Positions 28,577 through 38,463 of a DNA stretch of 64,000 nucleotides are shown here, in pieces (within the stretch, counting starts at the first letter, position 1; the number at the start of each line of letters is the position of its first letter). Origin of the DNA: Calditrichia bacterium (GTDB lineage Bacteria; Calditrichota; Calditrichia; RBG-13-44-9; J075); assembly GCA_050633245.1 (NCBI GenBank), contig JBOEGD010000007.1:123593-187592 (forward strand), in the 5' to 3' direction. Both the position numbers and the translations under genes were made by a program. The notes under the pieces were generated by a model. The model had not been told where the DNA came from, ran no database searches, and saw nothing but the letters and a program-made list of their open reading frames with translations.

Positions 28577-30949
28577 TCACGTTCCGTGCAGTTTTCGGAA
28601 CACTTTACCAAAGTGAGTCATTTCGGGAATATTAGACACTTTAACCTTACCCATCATAAATGCAACTTGTGGATTGGTTTTGCCGAGCTCTATATCCATG
28701 TAGGTTTTGTCGGATGTCTCTACCACACAGCGTGGATCTCCACTTAATCCATCTTCTACAGTACACTGCCCGGAGAATATCTTGACGGTATATTCCCCAC
28801 CCTGCTCACCAGATAGTCTGAAATGAAAAACGGTTCTATATTCCCCGGCTTTTTCGGGGCGAAAGCGATGCGGCATGCCATCAAAGATATCTTGAACAGA
28901 GTGAATATCGTGTTTAGTTGTTTTCGGCGCATGCTGGCGCTTACCAAGTCTTGGTGGTGGAACGCTGCGACGTGCTTTAGGAGTTGGTGCCGGTGGTGGT
29001 GCTGTACGCGCATCAGCAGGTGAAGAGTGTCCATTTGCTTGTTTGGAAGGAGCCGCAAGTATGGTTTCATCAGCGGACTTGGGATCCTTACCCGAGATTA
29101 CCGGTTCAGTCACTTCTTCAGAAGATGTTTTGAGACGCGTCACGTCAATTCGCGGTTCTTTTGAAGATTGTGGCAATGGCTTTTCAGACAAAATGGTTGG
29201 ATCAGTATTTTCCTGTATGCTATCTGCTATTTCTTCAGGCGTTTCTTTACCGGCTTTTTCCGCTTGCTGAACCGCTTTCTTTACGTCTTCTTCAGTAGCA
29301 ATGTCTGCAGAAGACACTTCCTCGGTCTCAACAAGTTCAATACTCTCAGATATATCTTCTTCAAAAGTGGCAGATTCTTTTACAGGATCTGTAATCGGTT
29401 TTGCGGGTTTCGGAGGATCTGCGGGTACGTCTGCAACTACCTTTTTACCCGTATCTTTTGTTGACTTCTGTTGCGCCTTTGCAACTTCCGGCTCTTCGGC
29501 AGGCGCGCCTTCAACCGGTTTTTTTGCGGTCCCTTTTTTCTTCGATTCCTTTAGGTCTTCGACTGTTTTCTCTTCCTTTTGGGAAGCCGTCTTTTTTGCA
29601 GTCTCTTTTACCTTAGCAGTCTTTTTCTCAGAAGAACCCCCTTCAACTTCTACAGGAGGAACCACTACTTTAGCCTCTTTCTCTACTTCCTCGGGCTCAA
29701 CAGCATTCAGCTCCTCAACAGTTTCTTGCACAAGTGGAAGGTCAGGAGAAGATTCATCTGCATCAGGTGCATCCAGAAGTGAGACTGAAGGCGAGCGAAA
29801 TTCAAAGTCATCAATAACCAGCTTGGAAACGATTTCGCGCATGATATCTGTGCTTCCGCCGACAAGGGTGGATATTCGCGCATCGCGATAAAGACGCGAG
29901 ATAAGATAGTCTGAAGTATATCCAAACTCGCCAAAACACTGCAGACACTCATCCGCGACTTTTTTAGCCAGTTCCGTACTAAAAAGTTTTGCCATAGTGC
30001 ATTCTTTAAGCGCCTGCTCGCCTCTGCCATACTGCCAAGCGGCAAAGTAGGTTAATCGACGAGCAGCCTCTATTTCGGTTGCCAAATCGGAAAGTGCATG
30101 TCGTGTAGACTGAAAGTGAGACGACGGATGGTCAAACTTCTTACGCTCGGCAAGATATTCGAGGGTATGCTCCAGACAAAATTCAGCGGAAGCAACGGAG
30201 GTTACCGCTGCAATCAAGCGTTCCAGCTGGTAGCATTCCATGATGTAATAAAACCCCATATTTTCTTCACCGATGAGGTTTGCAGCGGGTACGCGTACGT
30301 TTTTAAACGACAATTCTGCAGTATCGGCAGACTGCCAACCAACTTTTTCTAACTTGCGGCTGCTGAAACCGTCAGTATTACTATCAACAATGAATAGCGA
30401 AATTCCGCTGGCTCCGGCTTCGGGATCTGTCTTGGCGGCAACAATAACAAAGTCACCGTAAATGCCATTAATGACAAAGCTTTTTGACCCGTTCAATACA
30501 TAGTTATTCTTCTCACGCACAGCCCGGGTTTTTATTTCAGAAACATCTGAACTGACATTCGGCTCTGCAAGGGCCAATGCTCCGATACGCTTTCCGGCGA
30601 TACCCGCACTTAGATATTTTTTCTGAAGTGCCTCTGAAGCAAAACGCTCCACATAGGCAAGAGCCATAAACTGGTGCATATTTACGGCAGCTGAAAAACC
30701 GCCCATCGCACTACGCGTAAGTTCTTCCAGAAATACTACGCTCGAGAAGAAATCTGCTTCCAAACCGCCAAATTTCTTGGAGTAGTTTATTCCCAGGAAT
30801 TTCTCTTCACCCATTTTTAACCAAGTCTCGCGCGGAATGCGCCCGGACTTTTCCCATTCCTGGGCATTCGGTGAAATTTCCTTTTCGACAAAATTCCGGA
30901 CAGACTTACGGAGAGCTTCGTGTTTTTCATTGAAAAACGGTGACTTCAT
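28577..30949 (-). CDS. Acyl-CoA dehydrogenase fused through a ~300-aa low-complexity linker to an SCP2 sterol/lipid-binding domain
   Basis: ACAD fold at residues ~1-380; E/K/P/S-rich linker; SCP2 (RFRPEKAG…VAFMMGKVKVSN). Confidence 0.85.
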   Translation of the reverse strand: MKSPFFNEKHEALRKSVRNFVEKEISPNAQEWEKSGRIPRETWLKMGEEKFLGINYSKKFGGLEADFFSSVVFLEELTRSAMGGFSAAVNMHQFMALAYVERFASEALQKKYLSAGIAGKRIGALALAEPNVSSDVSEIKTRAVREKNNYVLNGSKSFVINGIYGDFVIVAAKTDPEAGASGISLFIVDSNTDGFSSRKLEKVGWQSADTAELSFKNVRVPAANLIGEENMGFYYIMECYQLERLIAAVTSVASAEFCLEHTLEYLAERKKFDHPSSHFQSTRHALSDLATEIEAARRLTYFAAWQYGRGEQALKECTMAKLFSTELAKKVADECLQCFGEFGYTSDYLISRLYRDARISTLVGGSTDIMREIVSKLVIDDFEFRSPSVSLLDAPDADESSPDLPLVQETVEELNAVEPEEVEKEAKVVVPPVEVEGGSSEKKTAKVKETAKKTASQKEEKTVEDLKESKKKGTAKKPVEGAPAEEPEVAKAQQKSTKDTGKKVVADVPADPPKPAKPITDPVKESATFEEDISESIELVETEEVSSADIATEEDVKKAVQQAEKAGKETPEEIADSIQENTDPTILSEKPLPQSSKEPRIDVTRLKTSSEEVTEPVISGKDPKSADETILAAPSKQANGHSSPADARTAPPPAPTPKARRSVPPPRLGKRQHAPKTTKHDIHSVQDIFDGMPHRFRPEKAGEYRTVFHFRLSGEQGGEYTVKIFSGQCTVEDGLSGDPRCVVETSDKTYMDIELGKTNPQVAFMMGKVKVSNIPEMTHFGKVFRKLHGT

Positions 30950-31085
30950 TCCATTACCTCAATACCAATTCAACATGAACTGCGTCTAATTCATCGGAGG
31001 TAAAAGTATACAATTTTTACAAGGGAGAATTGATATACCGCATAAGATTGCGGCAGACGTTTGGAATCGTTCTGCCGCTGCGGTA

Positions 31086-33209
31086 TTAATAGAACTTTTT
31101 GGCAGTGTTTACCATCTCGGAAAGGATTGGAGCAGGAGTAAAGCGCGGGCCACATTGCTTTTGATATTCCTGAAGCATCTTTAGCAGAACTTCGGCGCCG
31201 GTCGAATCTGCATAGCGGAATGGACCACCGAGAAATGGCGGAAATCCCAGCCCCAGAATGGCCCCAAGGTCGCCATCTTGAGGAGAAGTAATGATTCCTT
31301 CACCCAGACAATACATGGCCTCGTTCACCATCATTAGAAGGAGGCGATCCTGAACTTCAAATGGCGGGTGTTCTCTTCGGCTCATTCCGCCAAAATATTT
31401 ATAGACACTCTGATTCACTTCTTTATTCTTGCCAGGTCGACCATCTTTATCCAGTTCATAATGGTAGAAGCCTTTTTGATTTTTTCTGCCCAATAGCCCG
31501 TCATCAACAAGTTTAGCCATTACATCAGACGTTTTGGCACCGCGCCCGGCAAATAAGCCAGAGAGCACATCTGATACATGTGCTCCGACATCAATGCCAA
31601 CCTCATCAATAAGCGTAAGCGGGCCAACAGGAAAGCCAAAACGCTTCATCGTGCGATCGATGTAGGCAATATCTCCGCCTTCCGCAAGAAGTAGTAATGC
31701 CTCATTCAGCATAGGAGCAAGGATGCGAGTGGTATAAAAGCCAGGGCCATCTTTGACAACGATTACTGTTTTACCCTGTTTTATCCCCACATCTACAGCC
31801 GTTGCAGTCACCCAATCGCTTGTTTGTGGAGTTATAATAATTTCCAGTAGTGGCATTTTCGGAACCGGCGAAAAATAGTGCATGCCTATCACGTTCTGCG
31901 GTCTTTGTGCCTTTGCGGCAATGTCACCAATCGGCAATGACGACGTGTTGCTTGCAAAAATACAGTTTGCATCCGTTGCGGCCTCAACTTCCGATAAGAT
32001 GCGATGCTTCAGGCTCAGATCTTCGAAAACGGCCTCAACAACGACTTCAGCAGACTTAAATCCGCGATAATCGGTTTGGCCGCTAAGCCGGTTGAAGGTG
32101 ACGTCTCGCTGAAACGAAGAGATCACCTTCTTACGGACCTTACGATCCAAATCGTAATAAATCATTTTCTGGCCGCGCGCGACATTTTCAATGCTTATAT
32201 CTTTTAATACTGCCCTAAACGAGCTATTTATGCTAACATTCGCAATTCCGGAGCCCATTAAACCGGCACCAACAATGCCAATCGTTTTTACGTTCTTCAC
32301 TTGATCTGTAAGCGGGTTTTTCTTTTTGTCAGTAATACTAAAAAAGAGCTGCCGTAATTCGACTGACTGCGGACTACGCGTTAGCTTTTCAAACGAATTT
32401 GCTTCCTCTAAAAGCCCTGCTGCCATTCCACTACTTATCCCCTTCTGAACACAGGAAATAATTTTTGCAGGAGCAGGATAGTGCCCACCCGTTTGCTTAG
32501 CAGCTATTTTACGAGCTTGATTAAAAATAATTTTGCGCAGTGGTGTTTTCTCCAACGCTTTGCCGAAGAGAGAAAGACGCGGCTTGCGCTTCGGCATATT
32601 ATCGACCAGGTTTAGCGCAGCCTTTCTGGCGCTGTCTAGCAAGGCGTGTTCACTCACAATCAAATCGACAAGCCCCATTTTCTTTGCAGGTACCGGATAA
32701 ACGTTCTTCCCCGTTAAAAGAATATCGAGTGCACGCTGAATTCCAATAAGTCTTGGCAAGCGCTGTGTACCACCCGCGCCGGGAAGTAAGCCCAGTTTTA
32801 CTTCAGGCAACCCAAAAATTGTTTTGGGAGAATCGCTGCATATCCGGTAATCACAAGCGAGCGCGACTTCTAAGCCCCCGCCCAGAGCAGCGCCATGAAC
32901 TGCTGCAACTACGGGCTTTGGGAAGTCGTCCAGACGCTGTAGCAGTTCTTGCCCCGCCCGCACCAGCTTTTCAACCTCGCCGGGTAATTTTAACTCAGCG
33001 AGTTCATCCAGATCAGCTCCGACAATAAAGCTGTCTACTTTCCTGCTAATCAAGACTACAGCGATAATCCTATTATCCTGTCCAAGTGTTGACAGCATCG
33101 TTGCAAACTCATCGAGAAGATAGGCACCGAGTTTATTTACTTTCTCGCCTTCCTGATCTAGCCAGACGACTGCTACCGAGTTATGCATTTCGAGGTGTAA
33201 ATAAGGCAT
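31086..33209 (-). CDS. fadJ: Fatty acid oxidation complex alpha subunit
   Basis: ALGGGLEVAL, LPEVKLGLLPGAGGTQRL, GAGLMG, GMHYFSPV. Confidence 0.9.
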   Translation of the reverse strand: MPYLHLEMHNSVAVVWLDQEGEKVNKLGAYLLDEFATMLSTLGQDNRIIAVVLISRKVDSFIVGADLDELAELKLPGEVEKLVRAGQELLQRLDDFPKPVVAAVHGAALGGGLEVALACDYRICSDSPKTIFGLPEVKLGLLPGAGGTQRLPRLIGIQRALDILLTGKNVYPVPAKKMGLVDLIVSEHALLDSARKAALNLVDNMPKRKPRLSLFGKALEKTPLRKIIFNQARKIAAKQTGGHYPAPAKIISCVQKGISSGMAAGLLEEANSFEKLTRSPQSVELRQLFFSITDKKKNPLTDQVKNVKTIGIVGAGLMGSGIANVSINSSFRAVLKDISIENVARGQKMIYYDLDRKVRKKVISSFQRDVTFNRLSGQTDYRGFKSAEVVVEAVFEDLSLKHRILSEVEAATDANCIFASNTSSLPIGDIAAKAQRPQNVIGMHYFSPVPKMPLLEIIITPQTSDWVTATAVDVGIKQGKTVIVVKDGPGFYTTRILAPMLNEALLLLAEGGDIAYIDRTMKRFGFPVGPLTLIDEVGIDVGAHVSDVLSGLFAGRGAKTSDVMAKLVDDGLLGRKNQKGFYHYELDKDGRPGKNKEVNQSVYKYFGGMSRREHPPFEVQDRLLLMMVNEAMYCLGEGIITSPQDGDLGAILGLGFPPFLGGPFRYADSTGAEVLLKMLQEYQKQCGPRFTPAPILSEMVNTAKKFY

Positions 33210-33254
33210 TTATTCTGTTCCTATTTTCAATTCTGTGAACGTAACGAAGACTTG

Positions 33255-34550
33255 TTACGCGTCATAGCGTTCTAAAATCATGGCATTTCCAATAGCTCCG
33301 GCGGCGCAGGACGCAATGAGTGCGAAGCGCGCATTTTCATGATGAAGACGATTTACCGCGGTAGTTACAAGCCGACCACCGGTAGCACCAAACGGATGTC
33401 CGATAGACAATGAGCCGCCCCAGGTATTCAATTTATCCAATGGCACTTCTCCAACCCGCGAACTCCGCCCCAATTTTTCCTTCGCAAAGCTATCGCTATT
33501 TAAGCAATTCAGATTGGCGACTACCTGCGCCGCAAACGCTTCGTGGAATTCAAATACCCCAATGTCCTGCAATCTTAGTCCGCTCTTATCGAGTACTTTC
33601 GGCGTGCTATATGCAGGCCCAAGCAAGAGCTCATCTTCCGGGTTCTGAGCACTGTAAGCATAGCTGTTAAATGTCGCTTTGGGTGTGTAGCCTAAAGATC
33701 GGGCAACATCTTCTGCCATAAGCAGTACCGCGGATGCACCATCAGTCAGATAGGAAGAATTTGCTGCGGTAAGCGTGCCATATGGTTTAATAAAAGCCGG
33801 TTTAAGACTTTTCAACTTTTCCATCTTGCTGTCACCGCGTATGCCATTGTCTGCCGACAGCACATTAAATTTAGGTGGAAGCGGCACAGGTGCAATTTCT
33901 TTGCCCAGCAGTCCGGCCTCCGTCGCCTTGGCAGCGAGGTGATGAGAGCGCAACGCAAATTCATCCTGTTCTTCACGTGTTACACCAAGTCTTGCAGCCA
34001 TACGATCACAATCTTGCCCCATTGTGCGTCCGGTTGAATATTCGCTAATTGATGGTATTTCCGGTAAGACGTCGCTGAATTTAAGACCTCGGAAAAACTT
34101 CAGCCAATCGGTTGGCTTTCGGTAGCGCTGTGACTCAATGAGTTTTTGGCGGAATCGGCGGCGAAACTTTATTGGTACATCAGACATTAGCTCAGTGCCT
34201 CCTGCAATGACGATATCAGCCTGTCCGGTCCGAATCAAGTCCACGGCATTCGTTACCGCTTTGTTACTGGAGATGCATGCTTGAGTAATCGTCGCTGCGG
34301 GAACATGGTTCGGCACGCCAGCGGCCAACGCCGCCTCACGTGCAACATTGCTGGTAGACATGTTAGAGATAACACTGCCCATCAGCACCCAGTCTATTTT
34401 TTCCGGATCGACCTGACTGCGATCGAGCAGTGCTTTAATAGCCATGCGACCAAGATCGTAGGAAGTAAAGCGTTTATAATCTGTTCCGGCTCTCAAAAAT
34501 GGAATTCTGCAGCCATCGACATATACGGCCTTGCGCAATAGACCAGACAT
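33255..34550 (-). CDS. fadI: 3-ketoacyl-CoA thiolase (FadI/HADHB-like)
   Basis: QACISS, HEAFA, GHPFGATG, CAAGAIG. Confidence 0.9.
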   Translation of the reverse strand: MSGLLRKAVYVDGCRIPFLRAGTDYKRFTSYDLGRMAIKALLDRSQVDPEKIDWVLMGSVISNMSTSNVAREAALAAGVPNHVPAATITQACISSNKAVTNAVDLIRTGQADIVIAGGTELMSDVPIKFRRRFRQKLIESQRYRKPTDWLKFFRGLKFSDVLPEIPSISEYSTGRTMGQDCDRMAARLGVTREEQDEFALRSHHLAAKATEAGLLGKEIAPVPLPPKFNVLSADNGIRGDSKMEKLKSLKPAFIKPYGTLTAANSSYLTDGASAVLLMAEDVARSLGYTPKATFNSYAYSAQNPEDELLLGPAYSTPKVLDKSGLRLQDIGVFEFHEAFAAQVVANLNCLNSDSFAKEKLGRSSRVGEVPLDKLNTWGGSLSIGHPFGATGGRLVTTAVNRLHHENARFALIASCAAGAIGNAMILERYDA

Positions 34551-34596
34551 AAAATATTCCTTTATTCGTTAGCAAAAATCGAAAGAAGAGTTTCTC

Positions 34597-35166
34597 TTAC
34601 TCATCTTCAGCCGGTTCAATAGAAGCACTCATAGAACCCTTACATTGTGGTATTCGCCAGTCCGAACCGTAATTGTGAATTTGATCTCGCTTGAGCTCGG
34701 CACGTTCTTTGGAGGTCGTATCTACAACAACGCGACCGCTAAAGTCGACCGTGCAGGCCATTTGAAATGCAATAAGTCGGTTGTGCCCAAACAAGTCGCC
34801 AAGCATTTCAATCACATATTCGTAGCTATGATCATCATCATTATGTAAGACAACGTGGTATCTTGGAGCAAGACGCACCAGCTCCCGAGGTGCTTCAAAA
34901 GGGTCCTTTCGAATCTCCGGCAGGGTAATCACGTCGGGATCATCAGGCACATAGCCGGGCTCCCAGGGGTATTTTGCGGCAGGAGCATCAGACCTATATC
35001 CATACAGCCGTTCGGCCGTAGTGCCAACCAGATTATCAAACGCCTGCTCGTTCAGCGCGCCCTGCAGGCGTGGAGCAGCCATAGATAATGAACGTATCAA
35101 ACGTTCTTTCTTCTTTTGGTATTGCTTAGAAAGCATAGCGTTAATCTTCTTAGAGAATAGATCCAA
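34597..35166 (-). CDS. clpS: ClpS-family adaptor with long N-terminal extension (start uncertain)
   Basis: YHVVLHNDDDHSYEYVIEML…GRVVV…AELK. Confidence 0.8.
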   Translation of the reverse strand: MDLFSKKINAMLSKQYQKKKERLIRSLSMAAPRLQGALNEQAFDNLVGTTAERLYGYRSDAPAAKYPWEPGYVPDDPDVITLPEIRKDPFEAPRELVRLAPRYHVVLHNDDDHSYEYVIEMLGDLFGHNRLIAFQMACTVDFSGRVVVDTTSKERAELKRDQIHNYGSDWRIPQCKGSMSASIEPAEDE

Positions 35167-35285
35167 ATGCAGGTCTAAATATAGCCTTTGGGAAGATATT
35201 TTACTAGTATTTTTTGGGCTGAAAGAGTTTTTAGCGAAGAGAAGATCGATGCTTAAACTGTTTAAAATTGCTCGCTTAGCAGAAT

Positions 35286-36653
35286 TTATTCCTGAAGCTG
35301 ATCTTTTACTAACTTTGAAACGACCTCATAGAGTTTTCCAATATTAATCGGCTTGGTAAGATAATCATCCATTCCTGCTTTTAAACAAGCCTCGCGATCA
35401 CCCGCCATGGCATTTGCGGTGAGTGCAATAATCGGAATGCTATAAATACCTTCTAAAGGCGATTGGCGAATACGTCTGGTTGCCTCGAGGCCATCCATTT
35501 CCGGCATCTGCATGTCCATCAACACCAAATCATAAGAGATACGTTCAAGCGCTTCCAGAGCTTCGTATCCATTTGCGACCAGGTCGACACGGATTTTCTT
35601 TTTCGTTAGCAAACGTAATATAAGTTTTTGATTCACTTGATTATCTTCTGCTACCAGCACTCGTAGTGGGCTACCATCTTCCCGAAGAAAGGACAATCCC
35701 GAACCTTTCGAGTCTGCAATCTTTTGGTTGCTGTCAGATTGTTCATTAACTTTGCTGAGTTTAACGCTGAACCAGAAAGTTGATCCCACGTTCGATTCAC
35801 TTGTTACGCCGACATGTCCACCCATCAAAAGGGCGAGCTTCCTACAAATGGATAGTCCCAAGCCAGTTCCACCATATTTCCGAGACGTTGAGGTATCCGC
35901 CTGTTCAAAACGTTCGAAGACCCGATCTATTTTATCGCTGGGTATTCCTATTCCACTGTCCTTTACTGAAAAATTCATCGTAACTGAATTAACTTCTGAA
36001 GACTCAGGGGCAACTGTAAGGGCGATCTCTCCTTGTTCTGTGAATTTCAGAGCATTGGAGAGATAGTTAATGAGTATCTGACGAATACGTGAAGGATCTC
36101 CGTGAAACATTGCATTTGGAGGGAAATCTATAGCTGTAATCAGCCGAAGGTTCTTGGATTCGATACGAGTACGTAACAGCTCGGCGGTGCTGTTTATCAA
36201 TTGATGCAGATTAAAATCGATATACTCCAGATCCAGCTTACCCGCCTCAATCTTGGAAAAGTCTAAAATGTCATTAATTAGTGAAAGAAGCGACTCTGCA
36301 CTTATTTGAACCATTCTGGAAAGTTCAATTTGCTCATTTGAAAGCGAGGACTCGAGCAGCAGTTGATTCATCCCGATAATACCATTCATCGGCGTGCGTA
36401 TTTCATGGCTCATATTGGCCACAAACAGGCTTTTAGCTTGATTTGCTTTTTCGGCACTACGGCGGGCCTGTTCAAGTTCAACGGTACGCAGTTGAACTCG
36501 CTTTTCAAGTGATTCAGCAAGTTCCTTAAGCTCTCGGTTTGTATGAAACAATTCAAGGCTTTTCTCTTCAAGCAAGATCTCAGCAGCCTTTCGAGCCTCT
36601 CTCTCTCGCCTGAATCGCCGGCTATACTTATCTTCCTTGTCTGGCTGTTTCAT
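35286..36653 (-). CDS. Cytoplasmic hybrid histidine kinase (HisKA-HATPase-REC), H-NOX-associated
   Basis: [25 protein letters not shown]; N-terminal [10 protein letters not shown] coiled coil, no sensor domain. Confidence 0.92.
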   Translation of the reverse strand: MKQPDKEDKYSRRFRREREARKAAEILLEEKSLELFHTNRELKELAESLEKRVQLRTVELEQARRSAEKANQAKSLFVANMSHEIRTPMNGIIGMNQLLLESSLSNEQIELSRMVQISAESLLSLINDILDFSKIEAGKLDLEYIDFNLHQLINSTAELLRTRIESKNLRLITAIDFPPNAMFHGDPSRIRQILINYLSNALKFTEQGEIALTVAPESSEVNSVTMNFSVKDSGIGIPSDKIDRVFERFEQADTSTSRKYGGTGLGLSICRKLALLMGGHVGVTSESNVGSTFWFSVKLSKVNEQSDSNQKIADSKGSGLSFLREDGSPLRVLVAEDNQVNQKLILRLLTKKKIRVDLVANGYEALEALERISYDLVLMDMQMPEMDGLEATRRIRQSPLEGIYSIPIIALTANAMAGDREACLKAGMDDYLTKPINIGKLYEVVSKLVKDQLQE

Positions 36654-36683
36654 TTGTCCTAATCGATTTTCTGAGTGGCGATT

Positions 36684-37229
36684 TTAGTACTGTTTTGTCA
36701 ATAAGAAGCGAATACATGTTCCTGAATCTGCGGGTAACGATTCTCGTTCAATTTTAATATCCTCATTAAAAAATTCAATGCATCCATCAATCAACCCGGC
36801 AGCGAGGTCCCCAAAAGCGCGTTGAGATCGATAAATCATTTCGAGTTGATTCTCTGCAGGCCTGCTATAATCAAAGCTGGGCAGTTCGGCATCCGGGTAA
36901 AGTTTCCGCACCTCAACGTGGATATAGTGCTCAATTGATTGAAGAAAATCGAAAGCAGAATCGACTCCCTTAAAGAACTGTTCATACCCCGCAGCAAAGC
37001 GCCCAAAAAGATGTTTGCCATAAGCGTGGATCAGGCCATCAACAGGTTTATCTGTCAACAAATGGAGCTGTGTAACCAATTCAACCATTTCCCGATGGTC
37101 GTATGTGCCGACTGAGGTGTAAGCACCACCAGATTCAAGTTCGCTATTATCAATCATATCATCAGCGATATCAAGACCGAACTCGTCTTCTACAAATTCC
37201 ACAAATTCTGTAAAAACAACACCTTTCAC
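36684..37229 (-). CDS. H-NOX heme NO/O2-binding protein
   Basis: MKGVVF start, proximal His (IHVEV), LPSF proline, YRSQR. Confidence 0.9.
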   Translation of the reverse strand: MKGVVFTEFVEFVEDEFGLDIADDMIDNSELESGGAYTSVGTYDHREMVELVTQLHLLTDKPVDGLIHAYGKHLFGRFAAGYEQFFKGVDSAFDFLQSIEHYIHVEVRKLYPDAELPSFDYSRPAENQLEMIYRSQRAFGDLAAGLIDGCIEFFNEDIKIERESLPADSGTCIRFLLTKQY

Positions 37230-37252
37230 TCAAACCTCCTGATATCCTTTTT

Positions 37253-37795
37253 TTAAAACATCTTTAACATTGAGAACTTTACCGTATTGACACCTTCTTC
37301 AAGATGGTCTTCGCGCTCAAAGATCACTTTCTCGCCGAAGTGTTCAATACAACCTTTCAGCAGGCCTTCAGTAAGATCGGTATATTCATCTCTGGACTGA
37401 TACAACATTACCATTCGATTTGCCTCAGCAGGATCGAATTCGAGCTTTAAATGCGAGTCAGGATAAATCTGTTGAATTTGGTTGTTTGCCAAAGACTCAA
37501 CCTGCTGTAGAAACTGAAAGGATGTGTCTGCGGGTTCCAAATACGAATGATAGTTAACAACCAAGCGCGCAAACAAATGCTTGCCATAAATCCGCACGAT
37601 GTCTGTGGTTGGAATACCGGTTGCGCGATTCAAAAACTCAACCATTGAGAAAAGATACTTTTCATCATATTCAGCATCATCTTCAAATGATTCAAATGCC
37701 GGACTATTAGCAGCAGATTTTACGCTGGAAAGAACCTGTGCACCAAATTTTGTTTCGATAAAATCGACAAACTCCCTAAATACAATTCCTTTCAT
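37253..37795 (-). CDS. Degenerate H-NOX paralog
   Basis: MKGIVF…YGKHLF…GLLKGC aligns to the neighbouring H-NOX, but the His, Pro and YxSxR Arg are lost. Confidence 0.8.
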   Translation of the reverse strand: MKGIVFREFVDFIETKFGAQVLSSVKSAANSPAFESFEDDAEYDEKYLFSMVEFLNRATGIPTTDIVRIYGKHLFARLVVNYHSYLEPADTSFQFLQQVESLANNQIQQIYPDSHLKLEFDPAEANRMVMLYQSRDEYTDLTEGLLKGCIEHFGEKVIFEREDHLEEGVNTVKFSMLKMF

Positions 37796-38113
37796 TCACC
37801 TCTCCTCTGGCTCCATACATAAGTTGCCCGAAGTGAGATCGCCCCCAATGCAAATACTCACAGCGGATGTAAAAAACGTGCCGAACGCACAGATGTTTTC
37901 TGCTTTGGTTTCGGCAACAGCTTCAGTGGAAAAAGGATCTGTCATTCTTGACTGAACAATCCCGTTTGACTATTTTCGACGGGTAAGAAGCAAAGGTTAG
38001 AAAAAAGATAATGGCGGGGAGTGGTCACTACGTTCCCAGTGAGTCGTCGCTACGCTCCGGGTGAGTGTTCACTGCGTTCACGGGCAGTAACAAATTGGCG
38101 GGTAGCAAAATTT

Positions 38114-38160
38114 GTCACATCGAGCCCTTCGGCAAGCTCAGGACAGGCTCTGACGAGATG
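38114..38160 (+). repeat. REP-like arm with a nested copy (left of island)
   Basis: gtcacatcgagc[ccttcggcaagctcaggacaggc]tctgacgagatg; same design as 942-990. Confidence 0.7.
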
Positions 38161-38390
38161 CGGGCGGGTTGTCATAACAAAGCGTTTTTCAAATCGGTGA
38201 AGACGGAGTTGCTTTACAACCGAGCGGTCTTTCAAATCCGGAGAGATGCACAAAGAGAAGTGCCTAGTTACATCGAAGGGCTTTACAATCGGATCAGACG
38301 CAATTCATCCATCGGTTATCTGGCTCCGGTAGAGTTCGAGAAACGACATCATGCAGCTAAACTGAAAGTCTACTTTTTGGGTGAAGTACA
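38161..38390 (+). mobile_element. IS3-family remnant: transposase C-terminus and right inverted repeat
   Basis: FFKSVKTEL…YIEGLYNRIRRNSSIGYLAPVEFE; terminal gtctactttttgggtgaagtaCA. Confidence 0.8.
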
Positions 38391-38463
38391 ATTTTCCTCT
38401 CAAACAGCTCAGTTCGTATATTCATTTCAGTGTTTGTTAGCAGCTTTCGCTATAGTTTAATCT

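Noticed and set aside
29301-29891. 196-aa plus-strand ORF (also 43764-44474, 49266-49883 and other antisense ORFs)
   Set aside because: Shadow frames of well-supported genes on the opposite strand, with no motifs.
38065-38460. 131-aa ORF as an intact gene
   Set aside because: It is a chimera of REP sequence, an IS3 C-terminal fragment and downstream DNA.
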